64,000 nt of DNA from Nitrososphaerota archaeon (lineage in GTDB: Archaea > Thermoproteota > Nitrososphaeria > Conexivisphaerales > UBA164), in the NCBI GenBank assembly GCA_009903795.1, contig WYER01000005.1, positions 21,659-85,658 of the forward strand. The letters run 5' to 3'. Numbering within the stretch: position 1 is the first letter of the stretch; each line of letters begins with the position of its first letter. The notes beneath the pieces are model-generated. The model ran no database searches. It saw nothing but the letters and a program-made list of their open reading frames with translations, and was not told the DNA's origin. The position numbers were made by a program, and so were the translations under genes. This document shows, in pieces, positions 8,865 to 18,440 of this stretch.

Positions 8865-10592
8865 TCACTTCATCTTTGCGAATTTCTTGTAACCGGAAAG
8901 CATGTCTTCCATAGTAAGTATGCCTATGAACTTTCCACCTCTGACAACAGGAATCCATGTGGACTTTGACGTTGCCATCGCTTCCCAGGCTTCTTCCAGT
9001 GTTGATTCAGGCCTCACGTATGGCGTTCCCCTGATTATTTTTTCCTTCAGGCTTGAGCTTTGATCGAGGTCTTCAAGCCTGACAACTCCTATGAAGTTCC
9101 CCTTTTCGTCTATGACAGGCAAAGAAGCTAGTCCTTCCCTTTTCATTTTATCTATTGCCTCCTTTGAGTTTGAACTGTCCATAACGAATATGTTCTTTAT
9201 CATAACATCCTCTACCTTTATTCGTTTTAATAAAGGGACAGAGTACTCTTGCGCATGAGCTGGCGAATCCTTTCTGGTCTGAACTTGAGCATGATAAAGC
9301 GAGTGCCTGTACGCAATTATAAAAGCTAAGCCAGCGCTGAGCATCGTAGGAGGCAAAAGCTGAAGGTTTCCGCCCATCTCCACAGCCATAACTATGACAG
9401 CTAAAGGAGCGTTTGCTGCAGCCCCAAAAAGGGAAGCCATGCCGACTATAGCATAAGGCGCAAAAGGATAAGGCGTTTTAGTTAAAACGTTAATAAGAAC
9501 TGCAAAAACTGAGCCAACGAGCCCGCCTATCATTATTCCGGGAGCGAATTCACCCCCAGAACCCCCGCTGCCAATTGTAAGGGATGTAGCAAGTATCTTT
9601 AAAAAAGGAAGCATGATCAAAATTATAATAGGGCTCAGCCCTAGCCCAACCAGTACGTTTAGCTTTTCATCTAAAATTAGGTTCATCCAGCCGTATCCAA
9701 CAGCTATGATCTCAGGGAAAGCCATGCCAATAACTCCGACAGAAGCGCCTCCTATAGCAGCCCTTACTGCAAATGGTAACTTTACTTTTCCGAAAATATT
9801 TTCAAAATAAAACATGGATTTAACGTAAAGTATAGCAAAGAGCCCGCTTACTATACCAAGGGCTAAAAAAGATGGAATCTGTGAAACAGAAAAAGAATAC
9901 ATTATTGTCCCGAACATCGGGCCATATCCAACGGCAATCCCAAATATCATGTAGCCAACGGCTGAAGCTATTAGAGAAGGGTAGATGACTTCATATTCAA
10001 AATCCCTTTTGTAGAGGAGCTCGGCTGACAGCAGGGTTCCTGCTATGGGAGATTTAAATATTGTTCCTATCCCAGAACCCAAAGCCACAGCAACAGCCTT
10101 TCTCCTGTCTTCAGGAGATAACTTAAAAAGATCAAATACATGTGATGCAACAGAAGCAGAAACGAAGGCTTCAGGTCCTTCTCTTCCAGCGCTTCCTCCG
10201 CCGCCTATTGTAAATGCTGAAGCTATGGCTTTTATTAACCAGCCAAACTTGTCAAATTTTCCCTGCTTATAATGGAAAGATTGAATTACCTTATCAGTTC
10301 CGTTACCAGCAGCATCTGGAGAAAACGTTGTAAGGATTCCAGAAATGAAGGCTCCTAAAGCTGCAGTTAATGGAAGAAGATAAGGTCTAAGCGATGAGTA
10401 AGTGTAGTTGATGCTTCCTCCAAATCCTAAAGGAACAGGCAGTTTTGTTCCAACTAAGTTATAAAGAAAAATATATTTTACAAATCTCAATAAATAAAAT
10501 ATTAGTAATGATGTAGCACCAGCAACAAAACCTAGCAAAATTCCGAGTACGGCCCATTTTTCATAATAATCTAGCTTTACATTTGAAAACAT
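8865..10592 (-). CDS. ClC-family chloride channel / H+-Cl- antiporter with a C-terminal CBS pair
   Basis: GSAGREGP, GSGIGTIFKSPIAG and GGEFAPG selectivity-type motifs, followed by two CBS-like segments (VEDVMIKNIFVMD..LPVIDEKGNFIGVV and IPVVRGGKFIGILT). Confidence 0.85.
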   Translation of the reverse strand: MFSNVKLDYYEKWAVLGILLGFVAGATSLLIFYLLRFVKYIFLYNLVGTKLPVPLGFGGSINYTYSSLRPYLLPLTAALGAFISGILTTFSPDAAGNGTDKVIQSFHYKQGKFDKFGWLIKAIASAFTIGGGGSAGREGPEAFVSASVASHVFDLFKLSPEDRRKAVAVALGSGIGTIFKSPIAGTLLSAELLYKRDFEYEVIYPSLIASAVGYMIFGIAVGYGPMFGTIMYSFSVSQIPSFLALGIVSGLFAILYVKSMFYFENIFGKVKLPFAVRAAIGGASVGVIGMAFPEIIAVGYGWMNLILDEKLNVLVGLGLSPIIILIMLPFLKILATSLTIGSGGSGGEFAPGIMIGGLVGSVFAVLINVLTKTPYPFAPYAIVGMASLFGAAANAPLAVIVMAVEMGGNLQLLPPTMLSAGLAFIIAYRHSLYHAQVQTRKDSPAHAQEYSVPLLKRIKVEDVMIKNIFVMDSSNSKEAIDKMKREGLASLPVIDEKGNFIGVVRLEDLDQSSSLKEKIIRGTPYVRPESTLEEAWEAMATSKSTWIPVVRGGKFIGILTMEDMLSGYKKFAKMK

Positions 10593-10600
10593 ATCAATAA

Positions 10601-11530
10601 TTATTCCTCAATACCTAGCACGTTTTTCAGCAAAGCTATTCTGATGAACATCCCGTTCTTAGCTTGTTCAAAATACTTTGCTTGAGGCATGCTATCTACA
10701 TCAGTAGCTAGCTCGTCGACACGCGGGAGAGGATGCAATATGTAAGGTATTTTCTTTAATTTTAATAACATATCTCTCGTTATTTTATAGCTTCCTTTTA
10801 CCTTTTCATATTCTGACGGGTCAGAAAACCTTTCTTTCTGGACCCTGGTAACATATAGCGCATCTAGCTTATCAGCTACATCTTCAACTCTTTCTGCGAA
10901 CTCGTATTCTGCGTTTTTTATCCCGCTCAAGACATCATCCCTAACTTTTAACGAAGGAGGTGAAATGTAATACAACTTTATATCTTTGAATTTGTCAAGC
11001 ATAAATGATAAGCTTTTTACGGTTCTTCCATATTTTAGATCTCCCATTATGCCTACGTGTAGCCCGTCTAAGTGCCCAAAAATCCTGTAAAGAGTATAAA
11101 CATCTGTAAGAGCCTGTGTCGGGTGCTCATTTATACCGTCTCCAGCGTTTATAACGGGCGCCGCGCATATTTTTGCTGCTTTTTCTGCGTTGCCTGCAAC
11201 GCTCTGTCTAAGTATTATTACGTCTGGCTCGTAACCATCTACCATAGTCATAGTATCTTCAAAAGTTTCGCCCTTCTATATGCTAGATATTTCAGAAGCT
11301 CCAAAATCAAGGACCTTTATACCTAGGTAAGTTCCTGCAAACTGAAAGCTTAACCTAGTCCTTGTGCTTGGTTCTAAAAAAACAGTAATAGCTACTTTAT
11401 CGTCTGCTTTGAAGATGGGCTTCCTAGACTTTAGTATATTTCTGTATTTTTCTGCTTCTTTTATAAGAAACTCAACTTCTTCTCTTGTAAGATCTTTTGC
11501 AGAAATTATGTCTCTCCCTTTTAGATTCAT
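10601..11530 (-). pseudogene. pyrB: aspartate carbamoyltransferase catalytic chain interrupted by one in-frame TAG
   Basis: The N-terminal part contains FLEPSTRTRLSFQ. The C-terminal part contains HPTQALTD, GDLKYGRTV and HPLPR. The two parts are in the same frame and are separated only by TAG at 11276-11278 (..ASEISSI*KGETFEDTMTMVDGY..). Confidence 0.8.
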
Positions 11531-12386
11531 GTTTAAAGTAAAAATACGCTAGTTAATTAATTTTTTCTTTAAGATTTATGGGATTAAAGGTGGAACCCCA
11601 TTTAGCGAACTTTAGATAATCGCTTTATGAAAATGTTTAAACCTTCTGCAAGTTATCATGTAAGGCTTTATAGCAGAGTTTATACAGCTAGCCAATTTCA
11701 TGTTGAGCATTATTTGTTATACACTACACCGTTAAAACTGATGAGGCCCCTTATAAATTTCCTCAGAAAAATGAAATTTTATACTTGCGGGAGTACTGTT
11801 AACTCCATAAAGTAAAAAAGCATTAAAATAGTTAAGCTACCCAAGGATAGTAACTACCCGGGGTAGTTACGAAATATTTTAACTTTTTGAGTTTTAAAAG
11901 GGTCACTATATTTTAGTTTTAGGTTGATAAGAAGCTTTAATTCTGCGAAAGGTGTGTTTTTGAAGTTTTTACTTAACAGTTTTGTCTCTTTTACTCTTCG
12001 GTCTTGTTGTGTCCTTGCCTTCTCACGCTTCGCTTTTGGGTCCTTTTGGAGAAGTTTTGCTTTCAATGTATAAGATAAACGCGCAAGCTGTGTATCCAAG
12101 AGCCCGCTTTCTTACGCTTACGGTTCTGTTTTTATAGGAGGATCGTGGTATTACGTGAACAATTCCGCAATAGTTTCAAAGACAACTACTTCGAAAACAT
12201 CTTCGACGGGAGGAGGGGTTAGGGCAACGAATGTGAGTGCTTCTGCTTCGGCTTCAGCTTCTGCATCTGCGACTTCAAACACGACAATCACGGCTTTTAC
12301 CCTTTTTTCGGTCGCGTATAGGTCGTTCAGGTTTTATTATGAGCACCTCCTTTATAAACCGAGGGAATGTTGATTTGAAAAACGAG

Positions 12387-12461
12387 TGCTCCGGCCGGGA
12401 TTTGAACCCGGGTCTTCGGCTCGAGAGGCCGACATACTTGACCAGTCTATACGACCGGAGC
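12387..12461 (-). tRNA. tRNA-Glu (CUC)
   Basis: Minus strand: GCTCCGG/TC/GTAT-AGACTGGTCAA-GTAT/G/TCGGC-CTCTCGA-GCCGA/AGAC/CCGGG-TTCAAAT-CCCGG/CCGGAGC/A. Confidence 0.9.
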
Positions 12462-12500
12462 TATTTTTATTTTAGATTATGCATTTTTAGGTTTTACTGT

Positions 12501-12606
12501 GTTAACTGCTCCAATCTCGCGATTGGAGCTTCTCGGTTCATAGTCGTGCCTTATTTGAGGCCCGATCATTTCCGGGAATTTCGCCTGCGTTTAACAGGCT
12601 AAGCCC
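12501..12606 (-). repeat. copy 1 of a ~100-nt hairpin-rich element located upstream of a tRNA gene
   Basis: The minus strand reads gggcttagcctgttaaacgcaggcgaaattcccggaaatgatcgggcctcaaataaggcacgactatgaaccgagaagctccaatcgcgagattggagcagttaac. The 3' 40 nt are identical to 33788..33827. Confidence 0.7.
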
Positions 12607-12703
12607 TTTAGTGTAGATAATTTATAAAATTCGCTTATAAGCATTATTTATATTCTACTTAACTTTTTTCTTCATCATTTTTCAGATTTATTACTTCACA
12701 TCA

Positions 12704-13756
12704 TGCTGTGTTGAATAATTATTTATAGCGCGGCTGTCAATTCCTTGCTTATGTGCCCAAAAGAAAAAGACAGCCACAATAATAATAGCAAAAGATGGGG
12801 TAATAAGTTTATCGACAAAAGGAACTGGAAAAGTTACAATGAAGAGCTTGTAGTGAGGGGTGAGTTTTTGTTGCCGATAGATATGTTTGAAAACTGGTAT
12901 GAAGAATTGGATAAGATGAATGAGGGCAAGAAAGGTAGGCCATATGAATTTCCTGAATCTTTTATAAAAATCCAGGCTTTATAGCATCAGTGTTGGTTAA
13001 AGGGGACTTGAGGGTATAGCAAGGTCACTGGAAAAGTTATGCTTGATACCTTACCATGATGATTACACAACCATATGGCAAAGAGTACATGACATGAGAC
13101 CTGAAATAAGGCTACCAACATACGATGAAGTCGAAGCTGGCTCAGACGGAACTGGGTTTAAGTCTGGCAACGCTGGCGAGTACAGGACTTATGTTTATGG
13201 AAAAATAATGAGAAAGTACGTTAAGGTAATAATAACTGCTGAGATAAAGTCAAAGAAGCTGATTGCTTTGATGTAAAGATAGGCGAAGTATCTGAGCCAA
13301 AGGTAGCTGTGAAGCACATAAAGCTGTTAAAAGAGAAATGGATAAAGCTGAAAAAGTTCTACGGCGATGGCGCATACGACACGAACGAAATATTCAATGC
13401 AATTGGCGATGCAGAATCAGCTATAAAGATAAGGAAGAACGCTACAACTTATCGTTGTAGAGGTAGCCGGAGAAGAAGGCAGGAAGTTAGGAAGTACATA
13501 AAGCTTGGGTACAAGACATGGGCAAAAGACACCAAGTATGGGCTGAGATGGGCTATCGAAGGGATATTCTCATCAGTAAAGAGGAAGTTCGGTGAGGACC
13601 TTAGGGCAAGAAGCCCTATTGGACTGATAGCGGAAGCTATGCAGAAAATGTGGATTTATGATGAGATGGTAAGCTATGGGAGGAATTCAATGTTGTCAAC
13701 GATCTAGGCTATCAAAATTAACATGCCAAATTGCTAAACAATTATTCAACACAGCA
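12704..13756 (+). mobile_element. DDE-transposase insertion sequence (IS4/IS5 superfamily) with ~17-bp terminal inverted repeats and a 9-bp target-site duplication; the transposase is decayed
   Basis: The terminal inverted repeats are tgctgtgttgaataatt at 12704 and aattattcaacacagca ending at 13756. The flanking direct repeats ttcacatca lie at 12695-12703 and 13757-13765. Confidence 0.85.
12745..13707 (+). pseudogene. DDE transposase split into three ORFs by a stop and frameshifts
   Basis: The three ORFs are 12745..12984, 13043..13276 (GSDGTG) and 13309..13707 (YGDGAYD, RWAIEGIFSSVKRKFGE). Together they form one IS4/IS5-type transposase. Confidence 0.8.
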
Positions 13757-13799
13757 TTCACATCAAAAAAAATATAAATATATCAAAACGATAGGCTAG

Positions 13800-15098
13800 T
13801 TGGCATGTATAAAAAAAGGAGGAAGAAAAAAGGTCGACTGTAAGCGTTTCCTCCATCAAAAAAGTGATTCAGTTCCTTGGTTAACGATTTTAGCATTGGG
13901 TATGGGCATGCTAGTTTATGGAATAGCAGAAAGTTACGGTCCAGTTGCAGCTATAAGTAGCATAATTCCTTCTAAATTTTCTTACTTGGGTTTCGGTTTA
14001 CCTTCTATAGCCGGCGGTGTAGGATCTCTTTTTGCAGGCATTATAACGGATAGGCTCGGAAGGCGAAACTCTTTTCTTACTGTAGCATTGATGATAATAG
14101 TAGGAGTAGTAATATTTCTTGCATTCCCAACTAGCACAGCAGCTTTAATAATATCTTTTATCCTTATAGGAATGGCTGCAATAGGTTTAGAAACGCCAAT
14201 AATTACTGCAATATCTGAAGTTGTACCAGCAAAATGGAGAGGTAACGTAGAAGTTGTTGTTCAAAACTTTGGAAACCTTGGCGTTGCATTGATTTTTATA
14301 CCTGCTTTGTTAGGCTTTACGGTGGCACAAACAGAACTTGCGTATGGAATTCTTTTTATTGCTCCCCTTGCAGCTATGTTAATAGGATATTGGGGAGTAA
14401 AAGAAACTCTCCCATGGAAGTCAATAAAGGATGGCTCTAAAGAGGATGTAAAAAAGGCTTGGGAGAACGTTGACAAAGGTCATGTGGAATCAGTAAAGCC
14501 GACTTCACCTTTCTGGTTCAGGTTTTTGTTCATTACAGTAATTGGTATCGTACAAAGCGTTGCTTTTGTCTGGATAACATATGACGTTGCTTACTACTAC
14601 TTTGCCAGCAGCGTAGCAGATATAGTGCCAGTTATAGGCGGAATTACAATGATGATCGTTGGTATATCTTTTGGAATATTCTTTGCACACAAATTTTCAA
14701 GAAAATCAGCAACCACATTTTCATATGGACTCTTAGTTGCGCTTTGGGCCATTTTATGGATTTATGTTGCTCTTACAAAGAGTTCATCGGGATTGCTGCT
14801 GCTCGCATTAATGACCTTATTATTTGTACCCACTGAACTCACTTGGGGTACAAGAGCAATGTTGACCCCTGAACTTTTCAGGACAGAGCAGAGAGGAACA
14901 TATGTTTCCATAGTAAGGACTTTGGTCTGGATAATAACTGGATTGATAACTATGGTTTTATCTTATATAGTCTTGCCGTTTAACGTATCATCAGCAATAG
15001 TAATGGCCATTTTTATTATAGGTTTTGCTTTTACTCTTGCCTGGCAGTTAAAGGGTTTTGAAACTGCAGGAAAGAGCCTTTCAGGGCTAGACCTATAA
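13800..15098 (+). CDS. MFS-type transporter
   Basis: About 12 predicted hydrophobic segments, with GIITDRLGRRNS as the MFS loop 2-3 signature. The true start is probably an internal Met. Confidence 0.7.
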   Translation: MACIKKGGRKKVDCKRFLHQKSDSVPWLTILALGMGMLVYGIAESYGPVAAISSIIPSKFSYLGFGLPSIAGGVGSLFAGIITDRLGRRNSFLTVALMIIVGVVIFLAFPTSTAALIISFILIGMAAIGLETPIITAISEVVPAKWRGNVEVVVQNFGNLGVALIFIPALLGFTVAQTELAYGILFIAPLAAMLIGYWGVKETLPWKSIKDGSKEDVKKAWENVDKGHVESVKPTSPFWFRFLFITVIGIVQSVAFVWITYDVAYYYFASSVADIVPVIGGITMMIVGISFGIFFAHKFSRKSATTFSYGLLVALWAILWIYVALTKSSSGLLLLALMTLLFVPTELTWGTRAMLTPELFRTEQRGTYVSIVRTLVWIITGLITMVLSYIVLPFNVSSAIVMAIFIIGFAFTLAWQLKGFETAGKSLSGLDL

Positions 15099-15102
15099 AA
15101 AT

Positions 15103-15321
15103 TTATTTTTTATTAAAAAGCAATAAATAATGATATGTTAGGTCTTTCTGTTTAACGAGTTCAAACCCTATTTTTTTCATATCATCTATAACTTCTTCCT
15201 TTTTAATCCTCCACGGTGGGCCAAAAACCCTTTTTTCATTAAAATCAAGTATAGCTATTGATTTGGCTATTCTTTTTAGGTTTTCAAGTATAAAATCTTT
15301 GCATTCTCTTACAAGATCGTG
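15103..15321 (-). pseudogene. class I SAM-dependent methyltransferase, C-terminal fragment (gene split by IS insertion)
   Basis: Hand translation gives HDLVRECKDFILENLKRIAKSIAILDFNEKRVFGPPWRIKKEEVIDDMKKIGFELVKQKDLTYHYLLLFNKK*. It continues the N-terminal fragment at 16728..17009 exactly in frame. Confidence 0.75.
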
Positions 15322-15480
15322 CTGACATCCTCTCCGTCTTAAAAGGCGATGGTTCCTTCAAGGCGGATCATGGGTTTGTGGTTTATCGCCTTCATCTTCA
15401 TCGTTTCATAGCTAGCAGGTGCGAATCGCACCCACCCCGCTCTGTTCGTCCAGCGATAGACCACGGGCTGTGCCTTCAGC
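15322..15480 (-). ncRNA. putative omega (reRNA) scaffold of the TnpB element
   Basis: Assigned by position: the 3' end of tnpB plus the right end. Complementary segments are ccgcctt / aaggcgg and cgcct-ttta-aggcg. The same stretch is what the TnpB-less copies retain. The boundaries are not determined. Confidence 0.35.
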
Positions 15481-16601
15481 CACTTACCCCTATCCTTAAC
15501 GGACTCGGGGATATGTAGAATGTTTATTGCCCCGTTCAGATCAGCGTTTATTACCTTCCCTGTGTGAGGACACTTGAACAAGCCTCTTTCAATCCTTCCG
15601 TTTTCGTGAATTTCCCCACACAGGGAACACTTCTTAGATGTATTTTCCTCATCCACGAGCTTAACCTTTATTCCGTATTCTTGTGCAACGTTCTTGATTC
15701 GCTTTATTATTGCTGAATAGCTCCAGAAGTTTGTGTTCCTTTCGTTTCCTTTATCCTGAGCTATTCCCTTTGGGTAGCCTATCTTTATTTCCCCTACTCC
15801 TTTATCATACAGTCTCTCTACGATTTCCCTCGCTAAGCCTTCTCTAGCGTTCTTAAGCAAAAGAGAACGCTTTTTGTAAAGTTTTTCAAGCTTCCTGCTA
15901 GTTTTTAAGCCGTGCCTTGCAAGCCTCTTCTTTTCCTTAGAAATGCGCTTTGTTATCTTCTTGAACTCTGAAAGCACTGAACCTCCTTTAAAAAGCATCC
16001 ACGAGCCGTCTTCAACGGCAACGGTTGCAAGGTTTACAACGCCTAGATCGATGCCCGCTTTCATTTTGCCTTTTGGTTTATTATTTACTTTTACACTTAC
16101 AGGAATTCTTGCGTACCACTTTCTTCTCACGGTATCATAAAATATTTCAAGGGTTCCCTGCTTGCCTACCCACTTAAGCTTGCCAATGAACTTGAGCCTC
16201 AGGTTGAAATCCATGAGATATATTTCGTTTCCTTCAATCTTGTACCTGTCATGTCTTATCAGCAAAAACAAGTCATCTTTCTTTTTATGTGGAGGCTTAG
16301 GCTTCATCCACTTAGGCAATTCACCTTCTTTCTTCTTTTTGCTTAGCTCGAAGAAAGATTTCCATACAGAAGCGTTCTTTCGCGTTACTTGTTGAACGTT
16401 TGCCCCGTGCAATACAGCTTTGAATTTTTCATAAACGACTTTTTCTGTTTTATTAAAATCTACAGGCTCGTGCTTTTTATATTGCTCAAGCCTCAACTTA
16501 TTAACTTCGTTCCAGCAATTAACGAATGCCTTTCCGAGAGCCGTTAGTTTAGCTTTTGTCTCCTTTCCTGAAATGATGAGTACCGTGTTTGATCGTCGCA
16601 A
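15339..16601 (-). CDS. tnpB: TnpB RNA-guided endonuclease (RuvC plus zinc finger)
   Basis: GIDLGVVNLATV (RuvC-I), the CSLCGE..CPHTGKVINADLNGAINI zinc finger and RuvC-III. 420 aa with no internal lesions. Confidence 0.9.
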   Translation of the reverse strand: MRRSNTVLIISGKETKAKLTALGKAFVNCWNEVNKLRLEQYKKHEPVDFNKTEKVVYEKFKAVLHGANVQQVTRKNASVWKSFFELSKKKKEGELPKWMKPKPPHKKKDDLFLLIRHDRYKIEGNEIYLMDFNLRLKFIGKLKWVGKQGTLEIFYDTVRRKWYARIPVSVKVNNKPKGKMKAGIDLGVVNLATVAVEDGSWMLFKGGSVLSEFKKITKRISKEKKRLARHGLKTSRKLEKLYKKRSLLLKNAREGLAREIVERLYDKGVGEIKIGYPKGIAQDKGNERNTNFWSYSAIIKRIKNVAQEYGIKVKLVDEENTSKKCSLCGEIHENGRIERGLFKCPHTGKVINADLNGAINILHIPESVKDRGKWLKAQPVVYRWTNRAGWVRFAPASYETMKMKAINHKPMIRLEGTIAF

Positions 16602-16727
16602 GCTTTTGTTATTTTATTCTAATTAAAGTATATAAATACTTAAGCCTTTTTCATGCGAAACACGTTAGCAAAGAAAAAGTATTTTAGTATCCCCGCCTCT
16701 AGAAGAGGCGAGGCTTTCGTTCGTGTG

Positions 16728-17009
16728 GTAAACATTTGCCATAAAAATCAGATCAAACTCACCATCTATTTTTTCACAAAGGTTTTTCTTAACAGTTTTT
16801 ATTCCTTTTTCTTCCATTTCTTTAAAGTAGTAATCGTCTACATCAAATGCATATACAACAGCCCCTTTTTCTTTAAAAGCGTATGAAAAGCGGTCGTCTC
16901 CAGTTCCAAAGTCAGCAACCTTCATGCCTTCTTTTAAATCTAAAAAATCTATTATTTCATTTATATTGTAAGCGAATATGCTGTATCCCCCATGATGAAA
17001 GTGATGCAT
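16728..17009 (-). pseudogene. class I SAM-dependent methyltransferase, N-terminal fragment
   Basis: MKVADFGTGDDRFSYAFKEKGAVVYAFDVDD (motif I/II) ..DLIFMANVYH, after which the ORF runs into left-end sequence of the IS (TNESLASSRGGD). Confidence 0.75.
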
Positions 17010-17105
17010 ATAAGTGGATAAATTATTTATGTATTAAACGTTTTGTCAAAAATTACCTTAAATAAAAATTCAAATGTTATATTTTATTAAAATTTAAAGT
17101 AGTTC

Positions 17106-17438
17106 ATGCAACGGGAAAAGATGCTTATAAGGGGCATTGTTTCTTTACTGATACTTGACATCTTGTTAGATAGCGAGCTTTATGGTTACGCCATCAGAAA
17201 AAAGCTTTTAGAAGAGATCAAAGAACCGATTCCTAACGGATACATCTACGTTATTCTTAAACATCTAGAAAGGAAAAATTGCGTAAGGTCAAGGCTTAAA
17301 AAAATAAACAAAAGGATAGTAAGGGTTTACACTATAACAGAAGACGGAAAAAGGCTTTTGTTTGAACATAAAAATTCTTTGGAGAAAATGATAATTATTT
17401 CGAGAAAGATTCTAAATAATATAGAAAAGCACCGTTAA
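17106..17438 (+). CDS. PadR-family winged-helix transcriptional regulator
   Basis: LILDILLDSELYGYAIRKKL..NGYIYVILKHLERKNCV..YTITEDGKRLL. Confidence 0.7.
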   Translation: MQREKMLIRGIVSLLILDILLDSELYGYAIRKKLLEEIKEPIPNGYIYVILKHLERKNCVRSRLKKINKRIVRVYTITEDGKRLLFEHKNSLEKMIIISRKILNNIEKHR

Positions 17439-17836
17439 TATCTTATAATAATATTTGTGGCCGCTTTCTTGTTTATATAAGGAGGCAATGATTGGTTTTT
17501 AATCAGCTCTGTAATCTTTTCTCCGTTCTGAATAAGTCTCTTAAAAGCGCTCCATGTAAGAACACCAATGAGCCTTTTTTCCTTAGCGTCAACTATACCA
17601 ACTCTATATTTTCTACAGAACCAGGCAATTCTATCGTCAGCTTCCACAGTTTTAAAACCAGTAACTCTGACAAACCGACCTCGAAAAGAAGGCGTCCTAC
17701 CTCTGCTGAGTATTATTACAAAATAGTATCTTTTATCATTTTCAGAAACTTTCCAGTATTTATCCTCTTTTATCGCATATTTTATATTGTTAACGTCTTT
17801 ATCTGAGATCTTTTTAAAAAGGCTAGGTTTTTTCAT
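17435..17836 (-). CDS. hypothetical protein
   Basis: 133-aa ORF, convergent with the PadR gene and overlapping it by 4 nt. No motif recognised. Confidence 0.4.
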   Translation of the reverse strand: MKKPSLFKKISDKDVNNIKYAIKEDKYWKVSENDKRYYFVIILSRGRTPSFRGRFVRVTGFKTVEADDRIAWFCRKYRVGIVDAKEKRLIGVLTWSAFKRLIQNGEKITELIKNQSLPPYINKKAATNIIIRY

Positions 17837-17954
17837 ATAAAAAAAATATACTTTAAGGTCTATAAACGTGTTTGTTAATCAGCATAGGTGAACTACTCCG
17901 CCCTCACGGAAGGGGACTTCCGCCCCTTAACCCCAAAAGGTTAAAAGTTCAGAC

Positions 17955-18302
17955 TCAGGGCTTCACAACGCTATAAACAAAATAAGCATAATCCGCTCCT
18001 GCTGGGACTGCATACTTGATAACCTTAACGCTTACAGAGCTTACAGTAGCAAAAGAAGAAACAGTCTTTGCAACAGTAATCGCTACATCTTCTATTAACT
18101 TAAATTCTTTTCCTTCAACGTTTTCCCTTATTTTTTTAGCGATTTCACTGTAACTTACCGTAGAGCTTATGTCTCCTTTATAATCTTCTTTAAGTCTTGC
18201 TTTAACGTCAACGCGTATGACCCTTTCGAACAGATCTTCACCAGTATCGACACCTATTTTGCAGCTCAGCTTTAAGCCTTTTATTCCAACTTGGGAAGTC
18301 AT
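17955..18302 (-). CDS. dihydroneopterin aldolase (FolB)-like tunnelling-fold protein
   Basis: 115 aa: IKGLKLSCKIGVDTGEDLFERVIRVDVKARL..STVSYSEIAKKIRENVEGKEFKLIEDVAITVAKTV. This fits the FolB pattern. Confidence 0.55.
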   Translation of the reverse strand: MTSQVGIKGLKLSCKIGVDTGEDLFERVIRVDVKARLKEDYKGDISSTVSYSEIAKKIRENVEGKEFKLIEDVAITVAKTVSSFATVSSVSVKVIKYAVPAGADYAYFVYSVVKP

Positions 18303-18440
18303 AATATACCTTCAAAATTGTGTATATTAAATTTTTTATATTCAAAATAATTTTTATCTTAAAATAAAAAATTTATCAATCATAAAAGCGCTTTCTTTTA
18401 AAAAAATTATTAGGCATAAAGCTAGTTAATGATCAGAAAC

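Larger units (their letters stand above)
15322..16727 (-). mobile_element. IS200/IS605-family tnpB-only element (IS1341-like), apparently intact
   Basis: The left-end hairpin is cacacgaacgaaagcctcgcctcttctagaggcgggg (minus strand, 16727 downward). The right-end tip is ..atcgccttttaagacggagaggatgtcag, ending at 15322. No tnpA is present. Confidence 0.85.

Noticed and set aside
11276-11278. The in-frame TAG in pyrB as a pyrrolysine or recoded codon.
   Set aside because: TAG is used as an ordinary stop in this window (for example the TPR gene ends gcccgttag at 8626-8628). No pyl genes or other recoding signals are visible.
12236-12275. The GCTTCN hexamer run as a CRISPR-like or functional tandem repeat.
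   Set aside because: The units are too short, there are no spacers, and the units are imperfect. I treat it as simple low-complexity sequence.
12237-12602. Track ORFs 12237..12602 (+) and 33597..33785 (-) as protein genes.
   Set aside because: They run across a tRNA gene and/or the conserved hairpin element, and their translations are low-complexity. The nucleotide-level conservation explains the region better.
17890-17935. The GC-rich hairpin-like stretch ctccgccctcacggaaggggacttccgcccc downstream of the FolB-like gene, as another IS200/605 end or a terminator.
   Set aside because: There is only one copy in the window, the pairing is imperfect, and no adjacent element features are present.
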